32,000 nt of DNA from Candidatus Heimdallarchaeota archaeon (GTDB lineage: Archaea; Asgardarchaeota; Heimdallarchaeia; Hodarchaeales; Hodarchaeaceae): positions 129,368 to 161,367 of the forward strand of contig RDOB01000001.1 in assembly GCA_011364965.1 (NCBI GenBank), written 5' to 3'. A program made the translations under genes and the position numbers. The notes beneath the pieces were generated by a model. It was not told where the DNA came from. It saw only the letters and a list, made by a program, of their open reading frames with translations, and did no database searches. Shown here one piece after another: positions 1-8,143 of this stretch. Numbering within the stretch: the stretch's first letter is position 1; each line of letters begins with the position of its first letter.

Positions 1-641
1 GAGTTCAAGATTTCAAATCAATTAAAGAATATCTCGATACTCTCATTAAAGAAAAAGAAGCTGTTGATGCCCAAATAACTGAAAAGGAAGCTAAAATTGC
101 TACGCATCAGAATGAAATTAATTCTCAAGCAAATTTGAAGGAAGAACTGTTAAATAGACATACACAATTGAAAGAGGAATTACAAGCAAAAGAATCAAGA
201 TTAGAAGATCTCAATAATGAAAAAGCTCAAACTAGTGATAAAATTAATGTATTGAATGATGAGATCGCTGCTATGAAGACGTCCATTTCACAAAGAAAGG
301 AACAAATCTCAGCGTTAACACGAAATATAGCTGATTTAGAAGCTAAATTTGCAGCAGAGATAGAATCCACAACAAATAAAACTGCTGAAATATCACAAAC
401 TATCGAGAAGCTACAAAATGAAAACTCAATCATATCATTTTTGCTCGAGGAATCAGCAGAAGATATTCCAGAAGTAGATATTCTTGCAGCAGTCATGCAA
501 CTTGGAAAAATATCTAAAGAGGAATTAAAAACAACTTTAAAAGATCAAATTTCCCCAGTTCTAATAACCCGAACACTTGGACGAATGGCAGAGAAAGGCC
601 TTTTAAAATATGATGAGTCAAATGATATTATCTCAATATGA
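1..641 (+). CDS. coiled-coil protein with C-terminal winged-helix-like tail (5' end outside window)
   Basis: Frame 3 is open from base 3 with no stop, so the tracked TTG at 135 is probably internal. The sequence is heptad-like and E/K/L/Q-rich, followed by a wHTH-like tail (LITRTLGRMAEKGLLKY). Stop TGA 639-641 directly abuts the next ATG at 642. Confidence 0.55.
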   Translation, partial: VQDFKSIKEYLDTLIKEKEAVDAQITEKEAKIATHQNEINSQANLKEELLNRHTQLKEELQAKESRLEDLNNEKAQTSDKINVLNDEIAAMKTSISQRKEQISALTRNIADLEAKFAAEIESTTNKTAEISQTIEKLQNENSIISFLLEESAEDIPEVDILAAVMQLGKISKEELKTTLKDQISPVLITRTLGRMAEKGLLKYDESNDIISI

Positions 642-1691
642 ATGACTGGAGTAATAGGTCTCTTGACCGAGATTAAAAATCAGATTTCTGATTGGAACTT
701 CTTCAAAGCTCTACAAACAGGAAAAATACAATGCCTAGCTTGTCCTAGACATTGTCAACTAGTTGAGGATGAAATTGGATGGTGTGGAGCTCGTTTGAAC
801 AAGGGAGGAAAGATAATTCCTCGTACATATGGCCTAGTTTCTTCGATCGCTGTTGATCCAATAGAAAAGAAACCCCTTTATCATTTTCTCCCCGGATCAG
901 ACATTCTATCAATTGGGTCTCATGGGTGTAATCTGGGGTGTCTAAATTGCCAAAATTATTCTATTTCAATGAATCGTTCTATTACTTCTTTAAGGAAAAT
1001 GCCCCCCGAGGAGTTAATTCAGATTGCTTTAGCAAAAAAGTTACCCTCAATTGCTTCTACTTATAATGAACCAATGATAGCCTTTGAGTATGTTCGCGAT
1101 ATAGCAAATTTGGCACACAATGAAAATTTAAAGATGGTGGTCGTGGATAATGGGTATATTTCTAGAAGACTTGCAGAAAAACTTGCTCCACTGATTGACG
1201 CAGCAAATATTGACATAAAAGGTTTCTCAAAGGAATTTTATAAAGAAATTTGCAGTGCACCCTCTTGGAAACCGATTCTAAAGACATGTGAGATATTTCA
1301 TGAAAATGAGGTTCATCTTGAGATCACAAATCTTGTGATCCCTACTAAAAATGATTCCTCAGAAATGATCAATGAGATGTGTAAATGGATATACCAAACA
1401 CTGGGTGAGGACACTCCCGTGCATTTTTCTCGCTTTCATCCTGATTATAAGCTACATAATATACCTAGTACCCCTATTGGCACGCTAGAGAAAGCTTACC
1501 ATATTGCAAAAGAAGTGGGGTTGAATTATGTCTATATTGGCAATGTTAGATCCAGTAAGGGAAATAATAGTTTTTGTCCCAAGTGTGATAACTTACTAAT
1601 TGAAAGAATGGGATTCTATACATCTATTGTCGGTTTAAAGAATGGAAAATGTACTAATTGCCATCAATCTCTTGCATTTATACTTTCTTAA
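642..1691 (+). CDS. amrS: AmmeMemoRadiSam-system-type radical SAM enzyme (PFL-activase-like)
   Basis: N-terminal Cys cluster CLACPRHC...WCGAR and radical SAM CX3CX2C motif (GCNLGCLNCQN). C-terminal Zn-ribbon-like CPKC...CTNC. Length and layout are typical of the family. Confidence 0.8.
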   Translation: MTGVIGLLTEIKNQISDWNFFKALQTGKIQCLACPRHCQLVEDEIGWCGARLNKGGKIIPRTYGLVSSIAVDPIEKKPLYHFLPGSDILSIGSHGCNLGCLNCQNYSISMNRSITSLRKMPPEELIQIALAKKLPSIASTYNEPMIAFEYVRDIANLAHNENLKMVVVDNGYISRRLAEKLAPLIDAANIDIKGFSKEFYKEICSAPSWKPILKTCEIFHENEVHLEITNLVIPTKNDSSEMINEMCKWIYQTLGEDTPVHFSRFHPDYKLHNIPSTPIGTLEKAYHIAKEVGLNYVYIGNVRSSKGNNSFCPKCDNLLIERMGFYTSIVGLKNGKCTNCHQSLAFILS

Positions 1692-2134
1692 CCATCTAGT
1701 GAATCTGGGAAATTTGTAGCAAATGGAATTTCATATAATTGTTTTTCATACAGAGTATAAATTTGAATTTTTGAGGGATCTTTATTCTTTCCAATAACCC
1801 ACACATACGGAAAAGGCCAATTCTTCATAAATAGTAAATCTCTCTTTGATGGCTTTGTGTTACTAAAACTAGGATGGGAATGAAAGATTCCAATTAATGA
1901 ATGTCCTTTTTTCTCAAAAAAATGGATTTCTTTAACCATTATCTCATAATCCAGAGAGAAACTGGTTGAAGATTGATCGAGATTTTCCATGATAGTTAAA
2001 TTGTTAATATTAACAGAAGACTCATTAAAATGGCCGAAAAGTAAAACGATCTTCTCAATTTCTGAATAATCTCTTAGTAATTCTTTTAACTTGCCAAGAA
2101 CATCCTTTTCCATAATAACGCGTTTATATATCAA
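1688..2134 (-). CDS. JAB/MPN (JAMM) domain metalloprotease
   Basis: JAMM-like motif GIFHSHPSFSNTKPSKRD with an upstream acidic residue (EIEKIVLLFGH). About 148 aa, like stand-alone archaeal JAMM proteins. Its 3' end overlaps the 3' end of the radical SAM gene by 4 nt (convergent). Confidence 0.7.
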   Translation of the reverse strand: MIYKRVIMEKDVLGKLKELLRDYSEIEKIVLLFGHFNESSVNINNLTIMENLDQSSTSFSLDYEIMVKEIHFFEKKGHSLIGIFHSHPSFSNTKPSKRDLLFMKNWPFPYVWVIGKNKDPSKIQIYTLYEKQLYEIPFATNFPDSLDG

Positions 2135-2170
2135 TTTTCAGACCCATATCACTATTTAAAGATAGTCTCA

Positions 2171-3550
2171 TCATGGATATTCAGGAAGATACTCCCTGGT
2201 AACTAAAATTGATGTTTCATATCCATTGTCCATCGCTGACTCCGAGAAGGTTTGTTGCGCACTTGGTTCCCCATGCAGTGCAATAATTTTCTTAGGATGT
2301 GTATAACGCACCATTTCTAGCAAACCTTCGAGTGAAGCGTGTCCAGAGAATTCGAATTGTTTAATTTCCAGATTAAGCTGGACTTCAAATACATCTCCAA
2401 AGCCATCATCCAAAACTAAATCCGTATCACCTGATACAATTTGATGCCCAACAGTTCCTTCTACCTGATAACCCACAACATAAAGACCATTCAATTTGCT
2501 TCCAGCGTGATATCGTAAATAATCGTATACTGGTCCACCTTCAAGCATCCCAGAGGTGGTTAATGCAATGTGACTTTTTTGATTATGGCTTAGCATCTCT
2601 CGTTTCTTAATTCTTTTTCCATGTGGCGATATTTCGTCGATTGAATGGATTCCGTCGTGATCAAAAGGTGAAGTAAGTCCCTTATCCTTTAGTTCTAAAA
2701 GTATCCGTTGAGAAACCCAATCTCTAGTTAGATATTTTCGATAAATCTCATTCATTTCAAGAATCATGCCATCAACATAAAGGGGAAACTTATGAAGGAA
2801 AGAGTCAAAATCATTCATTAAATAAGCTTGAATTTCTTGAGAACGCCCCAAAGCAAATGATGGAATGATCGCTTTTCCCCCACGAGCATAACATTTCAAC
2901 AAGCTTTTTGTTAAATCTGATGTAACAACTTTTCGACTTGCGATCTGCCTATCTGCATTCGTCGTCTCAATTAATAATATATCAATCGGATTATCTGGAT
3001 CAGGGTAAACCATTGGGTCATGAAAGGGTGTTTTTGCGTTATTAAAATCCCCAGAATAAAAGATTCTGGTGCCCTCCCAATCGATTAAAATCGATGAACT
3101 TCCAAGAATGTGACTTGCATTATAAAATTCCGCGGTGATACCATCCGCTATCTTAAACTTTTTATTGTATTTGTGAATAGATATTTTGCTTTGTGCCTTA
3201 TGCATGTCAGAAACGCCATAATGGTGAGGACCTTCTATTTTTAGGTGATCTTTCCAAAGAATTTGAAGAATATCTCTTGTAGGAGTTGTCATATAGGTAA
3301 GTCCTTTGTATCCAGCCCTATATAAGGCGGGAATATAAGCAGAATGATCTATATGTGCATGAGAAAGGAGAAGAGCGGTCAATTCAGGTGCAAAAACATC
3401 TACACCTTCAGGGGGTGTAGATAGCATCCTAGTTTTACGGGGATGTAGCTGAATTCCTGCATCGATGATCACATGGTGATCCTTATCTGAAATCATCAAG
3501 CAGGATTTACCTACTGAATCTGATGCTCCAAAAACCGTAATTTCTAACAT
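2171..3550 (-). CDS. beta-CASP family metallo-beta-lactamase ribonuclease (aCPSF2 / aRNase J-like, no KH domains)
   Basis: MBL motif LLLSHAHIDHSAY, downstream conserved D/H positions (YSGDFN, ALHGEP). About 460 aa with no N-terminal KH domains. Confidence 0.8.
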   Translation of the reverse strand: MLEITVFGASDSVGKSCLMISDKDHHVIIDAGIQLHPRKTRMLSTPPEGVDVFAPELTALLLSHAHIDHSAYIPALYRAGYKGLTYMTTPTRDILQILWKDHLKIEGPHHYGVSDMHKAQSKISIHKYNKKFKIADGITAEFYNASHILGSSSILIDWEGTRIFYSGDFNNAKTPFHDPMVYPDPDNPIDILLIETTNADRQIASRKVVTSDLTKSLLKCYARGGKAIIPSFALGRSQEIQAYLMNDFDSFLHKFPLYVDGMILEMNEIYRKYLTRDWVSQRILLELKDKGLTSPFDHDGIHSIDEISPHGKRIKKREMLSHNQKSHIALTTSGMLEGGPVYDYLRYHAGSKLNGLYVVGYQVEGTVGHQIVSGDTDLVLDDGFGDVFEVQLNLEIKQFEFSGHASLEGLLEMVRYTHPKKIIALHGEPSAQQTFSESAMDNGYETSILVTREYLPEYP

Positions 3551-3707
3551 TATTTGAAACTCACGACCACCTAAGTATGAATAGGGGTCAATTGAAATTT
3601 GACTTAGAAGTAAATTAGAGTTTTTTCCTTTGAAGGTTCAAAATGCTATTGTTCTTTAATGAAAAAGTCTAAATAGCTCATTTAGACTAATCAGTATTTG
3701 ATCGATA

Positions 3708-4418
3708 ATGTCAACAGATCTCCAACAGATATCAATTTCAGGAATCCCTATAGGGTTAATAATAATATTTCTTGGATCTTTATTGAATTTTCCCCTTCTT
3801 TATAATTTAGGAATCATAATTTTCTCTTTTTCCATACTAATTTTGCTAGTACAATGGGTAGCGACTGGCGGATTTGCAGAATTTCTAAATTGGATTCCGA
3901 TGCTGATTATTATTTCAATAATTTTCACTTTGGGAAGTGATTTTGTCTCTCAATCAGATCAAACACAGTTATTCACATGGCCTTTTATTCTAATTGTCCT
4001 TATAATCGTCTTAACTTTTTTTAGCTCACAAGGAGGAGATTTTAGCATTATAATACCTTTTATTCCTGTTCTAATTGGTCTAGGCCTCTTAGGGATTGTC
4101 GGAGGTGAATTATTATGGCAAGATCCACTAAGAGGGATAGCTTATGCTTTAGGGTTTTTAGGAATAACTATCATGTTAATATGGATGAAAATAAGAACCG
4201 TTCAGAAAAAGGAACCGGTAACAGGCGATAAATTATCAATAATAAACAAATCGGGAACTGCAATTTCAGATATAAGTCCAGGAAAAGAAGGGAGAGTAAG
4301 AATTGGAGGAGCAATTTGGAAAGCAATCTCAGATCATGTGATCTATGAGAATATGGAAATTATTGTCCAAGATCTATCCGAAACTCAATTAACCGTGAAA
4401 GTTGTACCAGCAAAATAA
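3708..4418 (+). CDS. NfeD-family membrane protein (multi-TM N-terminus plus C-terminal OB-fold)
   Basis: About five or six hydrophobic helices followed by an NfeD-like soluble tail GKEGRVRIGGAIWKAISD...IVQDLSETQLTVKV. Confidence 0.65.
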   Translation: MSTDLQQISISGIPIGLIIIFLGSLLNFPLLYNLGIIIFSFSILILLVQWVATGGFAEFLNWIPMLIIISIIFTLGSDFVSQSDQTQLFTWPFILIVLIIVLTFFSSQGGDFSIIIPFIPVLIGLGLLGIVGGELLWQDPLRGIAYALGFLGITIMLIWMKIRTVQKKEPVTGDKLSIINKSGTAISDISPGKEGRVRIGGAIWKAISDHVIYENMEIIVQDLSETQLTVKVVPAK

Positions 4419-4495
4419 GGGCTTCTATCTCACAAAATGACTTAAATTATTAATTAGTCTAGTTTATTTGCGTTCATTGGTAAAATCCCGGTAAG

Positions 4496-4569
4496 GGGCC
4501 GGTGGTCTAGCTCGGTATGACGCCTCCCTCACACGGAGGAAATCGATGGTTCAAATCCGTCCCGGCCCA
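4496..4569 (+). tRNA. tRNA-Val: tRNA-Val (anticodon CAC), no encoded CCA, no intron
   Basis: Cloverleaf folded by hand. Acceptor stem GGGCCGG/CCGGCCC has 7 bp. Anticodon stem is CCUCC/GGAGG with loop CUCACAC (CAC at 4530-4532). T arm is GAUGG-UUCAAAU-CCGUC. Discriminator is A4569. Confidence 0.9.
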
Positions 4570-4585
4570 TTTTGATTCTCGTACT

Positions 4586-6793
4586 TTAACCGTTGAAAGC
4601 ATCTAAAATATAAGAGTAGATATCTTTTTCTTTCCCTTCTGAGATATGCTTTAATCTTCTGACAATTAATTCAGGAGTAGATTTTGCATACTTATAATAA
4701 ACAGGTGTACGATTAACTAGTAATTCCAACTCTTCGGAAAGTCCTTTTGCTTCAATTCCATCAATTCTAATTGGTTCTTTACTATATTCTGCTATTAGTT
4801 GTGCAAGATGAGTGACGAATATTCCCAAAGAGTTAGGATCACGACTTAATAAATCAAGAAACGCAGCTATGACTCGAGCAGATGCTCCAGGTTCTGAAAT
4901 ACTTTCCATTTCATCTGCTAGGACAAGTCGAGATTCAGGACTTAAAATCATTTTTGATAATGTTCGTAAAGTACTTTCAAAAGCCCCTGCGTTCATTTGT
5001 CCGGATGATTTTCTGTAATAATGAAACTCCATAAATCCTCCAATTGAAGTTTTTTTTGCAGGAACTGGAAGACCCATTTGAGCTAGAATGACTATGATTG
5101 CCAAAGTTACCAATAAAGTTGTTTTACCACCGCTGTTTGCTCCTGATAATAGAATAATCCGCTCTCCTTTCACAAGTCCTTCAATTTTACCAAATTCCCC
5201 TGCTGCGTAGGAAACAGGTTCGAGGTTCATTTTCCCCAATAACGCCTGATTTGCTAAAAACAGATTTTTCCCTTCATCAACAATAATTCCAGTTCCTGAA
5301 CCAAAAATAAATTGAGGTATTACCATTTGGTAATCATTAGCAAATTTTCCAAGCATGAGAAGATAGTCGATTTCAAACATATTTTGCAAAGCATCTTTTA
5401 CCAATTCAATAAATGGATAAAACGATCGAGCTAGACTCACTTTTAGCTCGAAGGCAGTAATTGCCCTTTTTTGTCTCAATAAATCTTTTATTCGATCAAC
5501 AGATTCATCAATTGAGTCTATTGGATAACGAAGCTCACGAGGAAAAATTCCAGAGGCATAATCCAACTCTTCGTATTTTAAATTCAATTCTTTAACAAGT
5601 TGACTTTCTGCTTGGGTTATTAATTCTTCTACAGCCATAAATAATTCTTCATCCAAATAATCACGTAATTCAGAATTTCTTGAGCTGCTTGAATAACCTA
5701 TTTCTTCATCTGCCATTCCCTTAAGTAAAGCTATGATTTTCTCTCCACCTAGTTCTACTGTTGTATCCTTCAACATTTTTTCAAGCTGTTCATTCAATGT
5801 GAGTAGCACTTCAGATAATTTTTCATCAAACTTCACTTCTGCATTTAATAATCTAGAAAATTCTACACTAACTGATTCTGCAGGTTCACCTGAGTCAGTA
5901 ATTTTGTTGAGCATATCACCCATTTCCTTGATCTGATTGAGATCTAATTCCCCAATAAACATAGGAAGATCAAGCGGAGGAAGTGTTTGAAGTAAATGGG
6001 CAAGATTGGCAATAGATTTTAAACAAATTTTATTTCTAGCAAAAAAAATTAATGTTTTTTCAGGTAACAGTTGTATTATATCTTTTCTTTGACTCTCTGG
6101 AATCATGTATACATTGGGTAAGGATTCATCAAGCAGAATGTCAGAACCAATCCAGAGGATTTCATCATACTCTTTCATTGAGGAGATATCTTCGGGATCT
6201 TCTAAAAATATCATTTCACAATTATCAGCGATATCTGTTTGACTCAATTCTTTGTAAATCTGTTTATCAGTAGTTATAATGATTCGAGAAGCTGTATCGA
6301 GTGAAATTATTCTGTCCTTTAATGGTGATAAATTCTTTAATTGACTATCATAATCTTCTATGTGTTGTTTTGATTTTTCAATTAGGGAAATCAATTGCTT
6401 TCCTAATTGGGCTTGTTTTTGACGTTGTTTTATCTTCTCGATGAATGATATAGGTAATGGAAAGTATAGATATAATTTTGAGCGAGAATATAAAGTATTC
6501 GCGTATTTGGAAATCAAATCGGTAATTCGATTGTAAATTAATATCGCATCCTCCGTTTTTAGGAAATTTTCCAATTTCTCACCCGTTTCTTGGAAATGTA
6601 GATTTCTACATAGAGTTAACGCGAATCTCTCCCCGATTCCTTCAATTGAGGATAATTCTGCTATCCTAGAATTTCTCAGGAGATTTAGAACAGTTTCCTC
6701 GGTTCCAAAAGCATTAATAAGCTTTTCTTCAACCGAGGGGCCGATTCCGCGAATTTCTCTTAGTCTTTTTACGTCATTCATCTCTTTAATCAC
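4586..6793 (-). CDS. MutS-family ATPase (archaeal MutS2/MutS5-like) with N-terminal helix-hairpin-helix
   Basis: MutS domain V Walker A LLSGANSGGKTTLL and Walker B-like LVLADEMES, then FVTHL. N-terminal HhH (RGIGPSVEEKLINAFGT ... IEGIGERFA). Long coiled-coil middle region. Confidence 0.75.
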   Translation of the reverse strand: MIKEMNDVKRLREIRGIGPSVEEKLINAFGTEETVLNLLRNSRIAELSSIEGIGERFALTLCRNLHFQETGEKLENFLKTEDAILIYNRITDLISKYANTLYSRSKLYLYFPLPISFIEKIKQRQKQAQLGKQLISLIEKSKQHIEDYDSQLKNLSPLKDRIISLDTASRIIITTDKQIYKELSQTDIADNCEMIFLEDPEDISSMKEYDEILWIGSDILLDESLPNVYMIPESQRKDIIQLLPEKTLIFFARNKICLKSIANLAHLLQTLPPLDLPMFIGELDLNQIKEMGDMLNKITDSGEPAESVSVEFSRLLNAEVKFDEKLSEVLLTLNEQLEKMLKDTTVELGGEKIIALLKGMADEEIGYSSSSRNSELRDYLDEELFMAVEELITQAESQLVKELNLKYEELDYASGIFPRELRYPIDSIDESVDRIKDLLRQKRAITAFELKVSLARSFYPFIELVKDALQNMFEIDYLLMLGKFANDYQMVIPQFIFGSGTGIIVDEGKNLFLANQALLGKMNLEPVSYAAGEFGKIEGLVKGERIILLSGANSGGKTTLLVTLAIIVILAQMGLPVPAKKTSIGGFMEFHYYRKSSGQMNAGAFESTLRTLSKMILSPESRLVLADEMESISEPGASARVIAAFLDLLSRDPNSLGIFVTHLAQLIAEYSKEPIRIDGIEAKGLSEELELLVNRTPVYYKYAKSTPELIVRRLKHISEGKEKDIYSYILDAFNG

Positions 6794-6857
6794 TCAATGA
6801 ATCTTGGATACCAGTTTTCTATGTGAATTTTTGTATATTATTTAGGTTACAGTCGAG

Positions 6858-7769
6858 CTAGAGATAGTTAATTCTTTTTGCTCTAGCAAGATTAATAAAT
6901 TCTTGAATCTCTGAATATGAACAGTGATCGGAATAAGGGAAGAAATGGACGTTAAAAGCTTTTTTACGTAATTTTAAACTCCATCCTGTTGGAGAAATGC
7001 GAAGAGCTTCAATTAATTTAATCTTGTTGTCCTCAGAAATCCCATGTAAATTCTCTACAACTCGTCGGGAATCAACATAAACTCCAGTTCCTCCTTCAGA
7101 AGTAAAAATGTCCCACTCCCCTCCAATTTCTTTATATATCCTTTCTTTCAATTCCGAGGCAGTAATTTTGACTTTAAGCGCCTGACTCACTGTTCTAAGA
7201 AGAAGTTCCTTTCCTATTTGATATGAAGCAATCCAAATATCTCTTTCAGGAAAATTCCCCGATGATAAAATCAATGTGACTATCTGAGAAATCATTTCTT
7301 CTCTAGAAGGAAAATCAAATCTTGAATCAGCTCCATAGGTATTATCGAGCCAGAGTTGATCAGCTCCTTGCAATAAATCTCTTTCTTTGCGCATAGAATC
7401 CCCCATTCGAAAATCACCTGTATAAATTTCCTTTAATCCAGTTTTTGATTCGATTACATACATCAAACTACCAACACAATGATTTGCATCAATTGCATGT
7501 ACTATGAAGTCATCGAAATCCAAAGACTGATTAGGATTTACTATCAAGCACTTTTCTTTGGGAATATTGCATAGAAAACGGATTACTGATGATGTCTCAT
7601 CAGAACATACAATTATTACATCAGGATCTGAAAGACTATATTTGATACCAGAAAGATGATCCGAATGAGCATGAGATAGAAAAAAGTATTGAGAAGATTT
7701 TCTACGACTATCTTTTCGTCGAAAGGGAAATTCATCAAAATAGCTCTCTGCAATATGTGAAAAAACCAT
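6858..7769 (-). CDS. SNM1/PSO2/Artemis-type (DRMBL) beta-CASP DNA nuclease
   Basis: The motif series closely resembles my recollection of eukaryotic DCLRE1/SNM1 proteins: FLSHAHSDHLSG, IDANHCVGSLMYV, YTGDFRMG, LWLDNTYG, FPSREE, SYQIGKE, SPTGWS, FPYSDHCSYSEIQEFI. Confidence 0.8.
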   Translation of the reverse strand: MVFSHIAESYFDEFPFRRKDSRRKSSQYFFLSHAHSDHLSGIKYSLSDPDVIIVCSDETSSVIRFLCNIPKEKCLIVNPNQSLDFDDFIVHAIDANHCVGSLMYVIESKTGLKEIYTGDFRMGDSMRKERDLLQGADQLWLDNTYGADSRFDFPSREEMISQIVTLILSSGNFPERDIWIASYQIGKELLLRTVSQALKVKITASELKERIYKEIGGEWDIFTSEGGTGVYVDSRRVVENLHGISEDNKIKLIEALRISPTGWSLKLRKKAFNVHFFPYSDHCSYSEIQEFINLARAKRINYL

Positions 7770-7974
7770 TCTTTCAAACCCTTGTAATCAAATTACCCAA
7801 TAGCAAAGGAGACTTCTTAATATCTACAAAATGCAAAGCATATATTTTTTTGTTGGTATTATAAACAATTCTATTATTTTATTATTTCTATACCCGTAAA
7901 TTCATTTTCTAGACATATAAGCTTACCAATAGAGGATAAGAGCGAAATAATTTCAAAGGATGTGAAAAAGAAGG

Positions 7975-7983
7975 AAAAAAAAA
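7975..7983 (-). terminator. oligo-T (T9) archaeal-type terminator downstream of the 5S locus
   Basis: The minus strand reads ...GCGUAAC AUUAUUA UUUUUUUUU CC immediately after the trailer strand of the 5S precursor helix. Confidence 0.45.
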
Positions 7984-8017
7984 TAATAATGTTACGCTTA
8001 TGCCAAGGAGAGTTCTG

Positions 8018-8143
8018 TTTCCGGGTTCGGAACGAGACCGGGTGTTCCTCAGGCCCTTTGGCCGGGCAAGTACCCAGCTTTCCGATGTTCCCGTAGGCGC
8101 TAGCACAACAGTACAGATCGGAACGGAGCCTAACTTAACTTTC
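8018..8143 (-). rRNA. 5S rRNA, circularly permuted gene order (5S-homologous core; leader extends to about 8199 and trailer to 7991)
   Basis: Minus strand 8143->8080 reads GAAAGUUAAG-UUAGGCUC-CG-UUCCGAU-CUGUACUG...CGGGAAC-AUCGGAA, covering the helix III 3' strand, helix II 3' strand, helix V, loop E and helix IV. Minus strand 8078->8061 reads GCUGGG-UACUUG-CCCGGC, which is helix I capped by a loop. Minus strand 8060->8019 reads CAAA-GGGCCUGA-GGAACA-CCCGGUCUCGUUCCGAACCCGGAA, covering loop A, the helix II 5' strand, helix III and loop C. These match canonical archaeal 5S strings recalled from memory (CCCGGUCUCAUUUCGAACCCGGAAGUUAAG, CUGUACUG, CGGGAA). Helices I, II, IV and V all pair, and their G.U pairs are valid only on the minus strand. 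Confidence 0.75.

Noticed and set aside
227-496. Antisense or shadow ORFs in the track. They are 227-496, 4812-5018, 5733-5936, 6052-6273, 9555-9755, 9827-10027, 10403-10621, 11478-11768, 15504-15704, 15716-15919, 16713-16922, 17275-17481, 17802-18002, 21130-21339, 22468-22728, 22923-23198, 24435-24653, 24961-25251, 26072-26257, 28026-28208 and 28440-28634.
   Set aside because: Each lies wholly or largely inside, or opposite, a longer ORF that has recognisable family motifs. Their compositions are low-complexity or Ser/Cys/Phe-rich, as is typical of out-of-frame AT-rich sequence.
7586-7603. Perfect hairpin CTGATGA-TGTC-TCATCAG that contains C-box-like UGAUGA
   Set aside because: It lies inside the well-supported SNM1-like CDS, where it encodes part of the conserved reading frame. 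It is most likely a coding coincidence.
4496-7769. Integrated mobile element using tRNA-Val as the attachment site
   Set aside because: The window has no integrase or recombinase and no direct repeat of the tRNA 3' half. The downstream genes are repair functions with the same composition as the rest of the window.
7909-8106. 65-aa ORF on the minus strand from the six-frame track
   Set aside because: It overlaps the G+C-rich structured RNA, which has full 5S rRNA signatures, and runs on through its oligo-T terminator region. The peptide is low-complexity (LLFFFPSF) and Arg/Ser/Pro-rich, as expected from translating structured RNA. I do not consider it a gene.
8018-8143. Plus-strand reading of the RNA (the two TCGGAACG(A)GNCC repeats at 8028-8040 and 8118-8130 look like GGAA-tetraloop hairpins)
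   Set aside because: Several helices contain G.U pairs only when read on the minus strand, and they become C.A mismatches on the plus strand. The TATA box and T-run also fit only the minus strand. The repeat is simply the CCGAAC/CCGAU strings of loop C and helix V.
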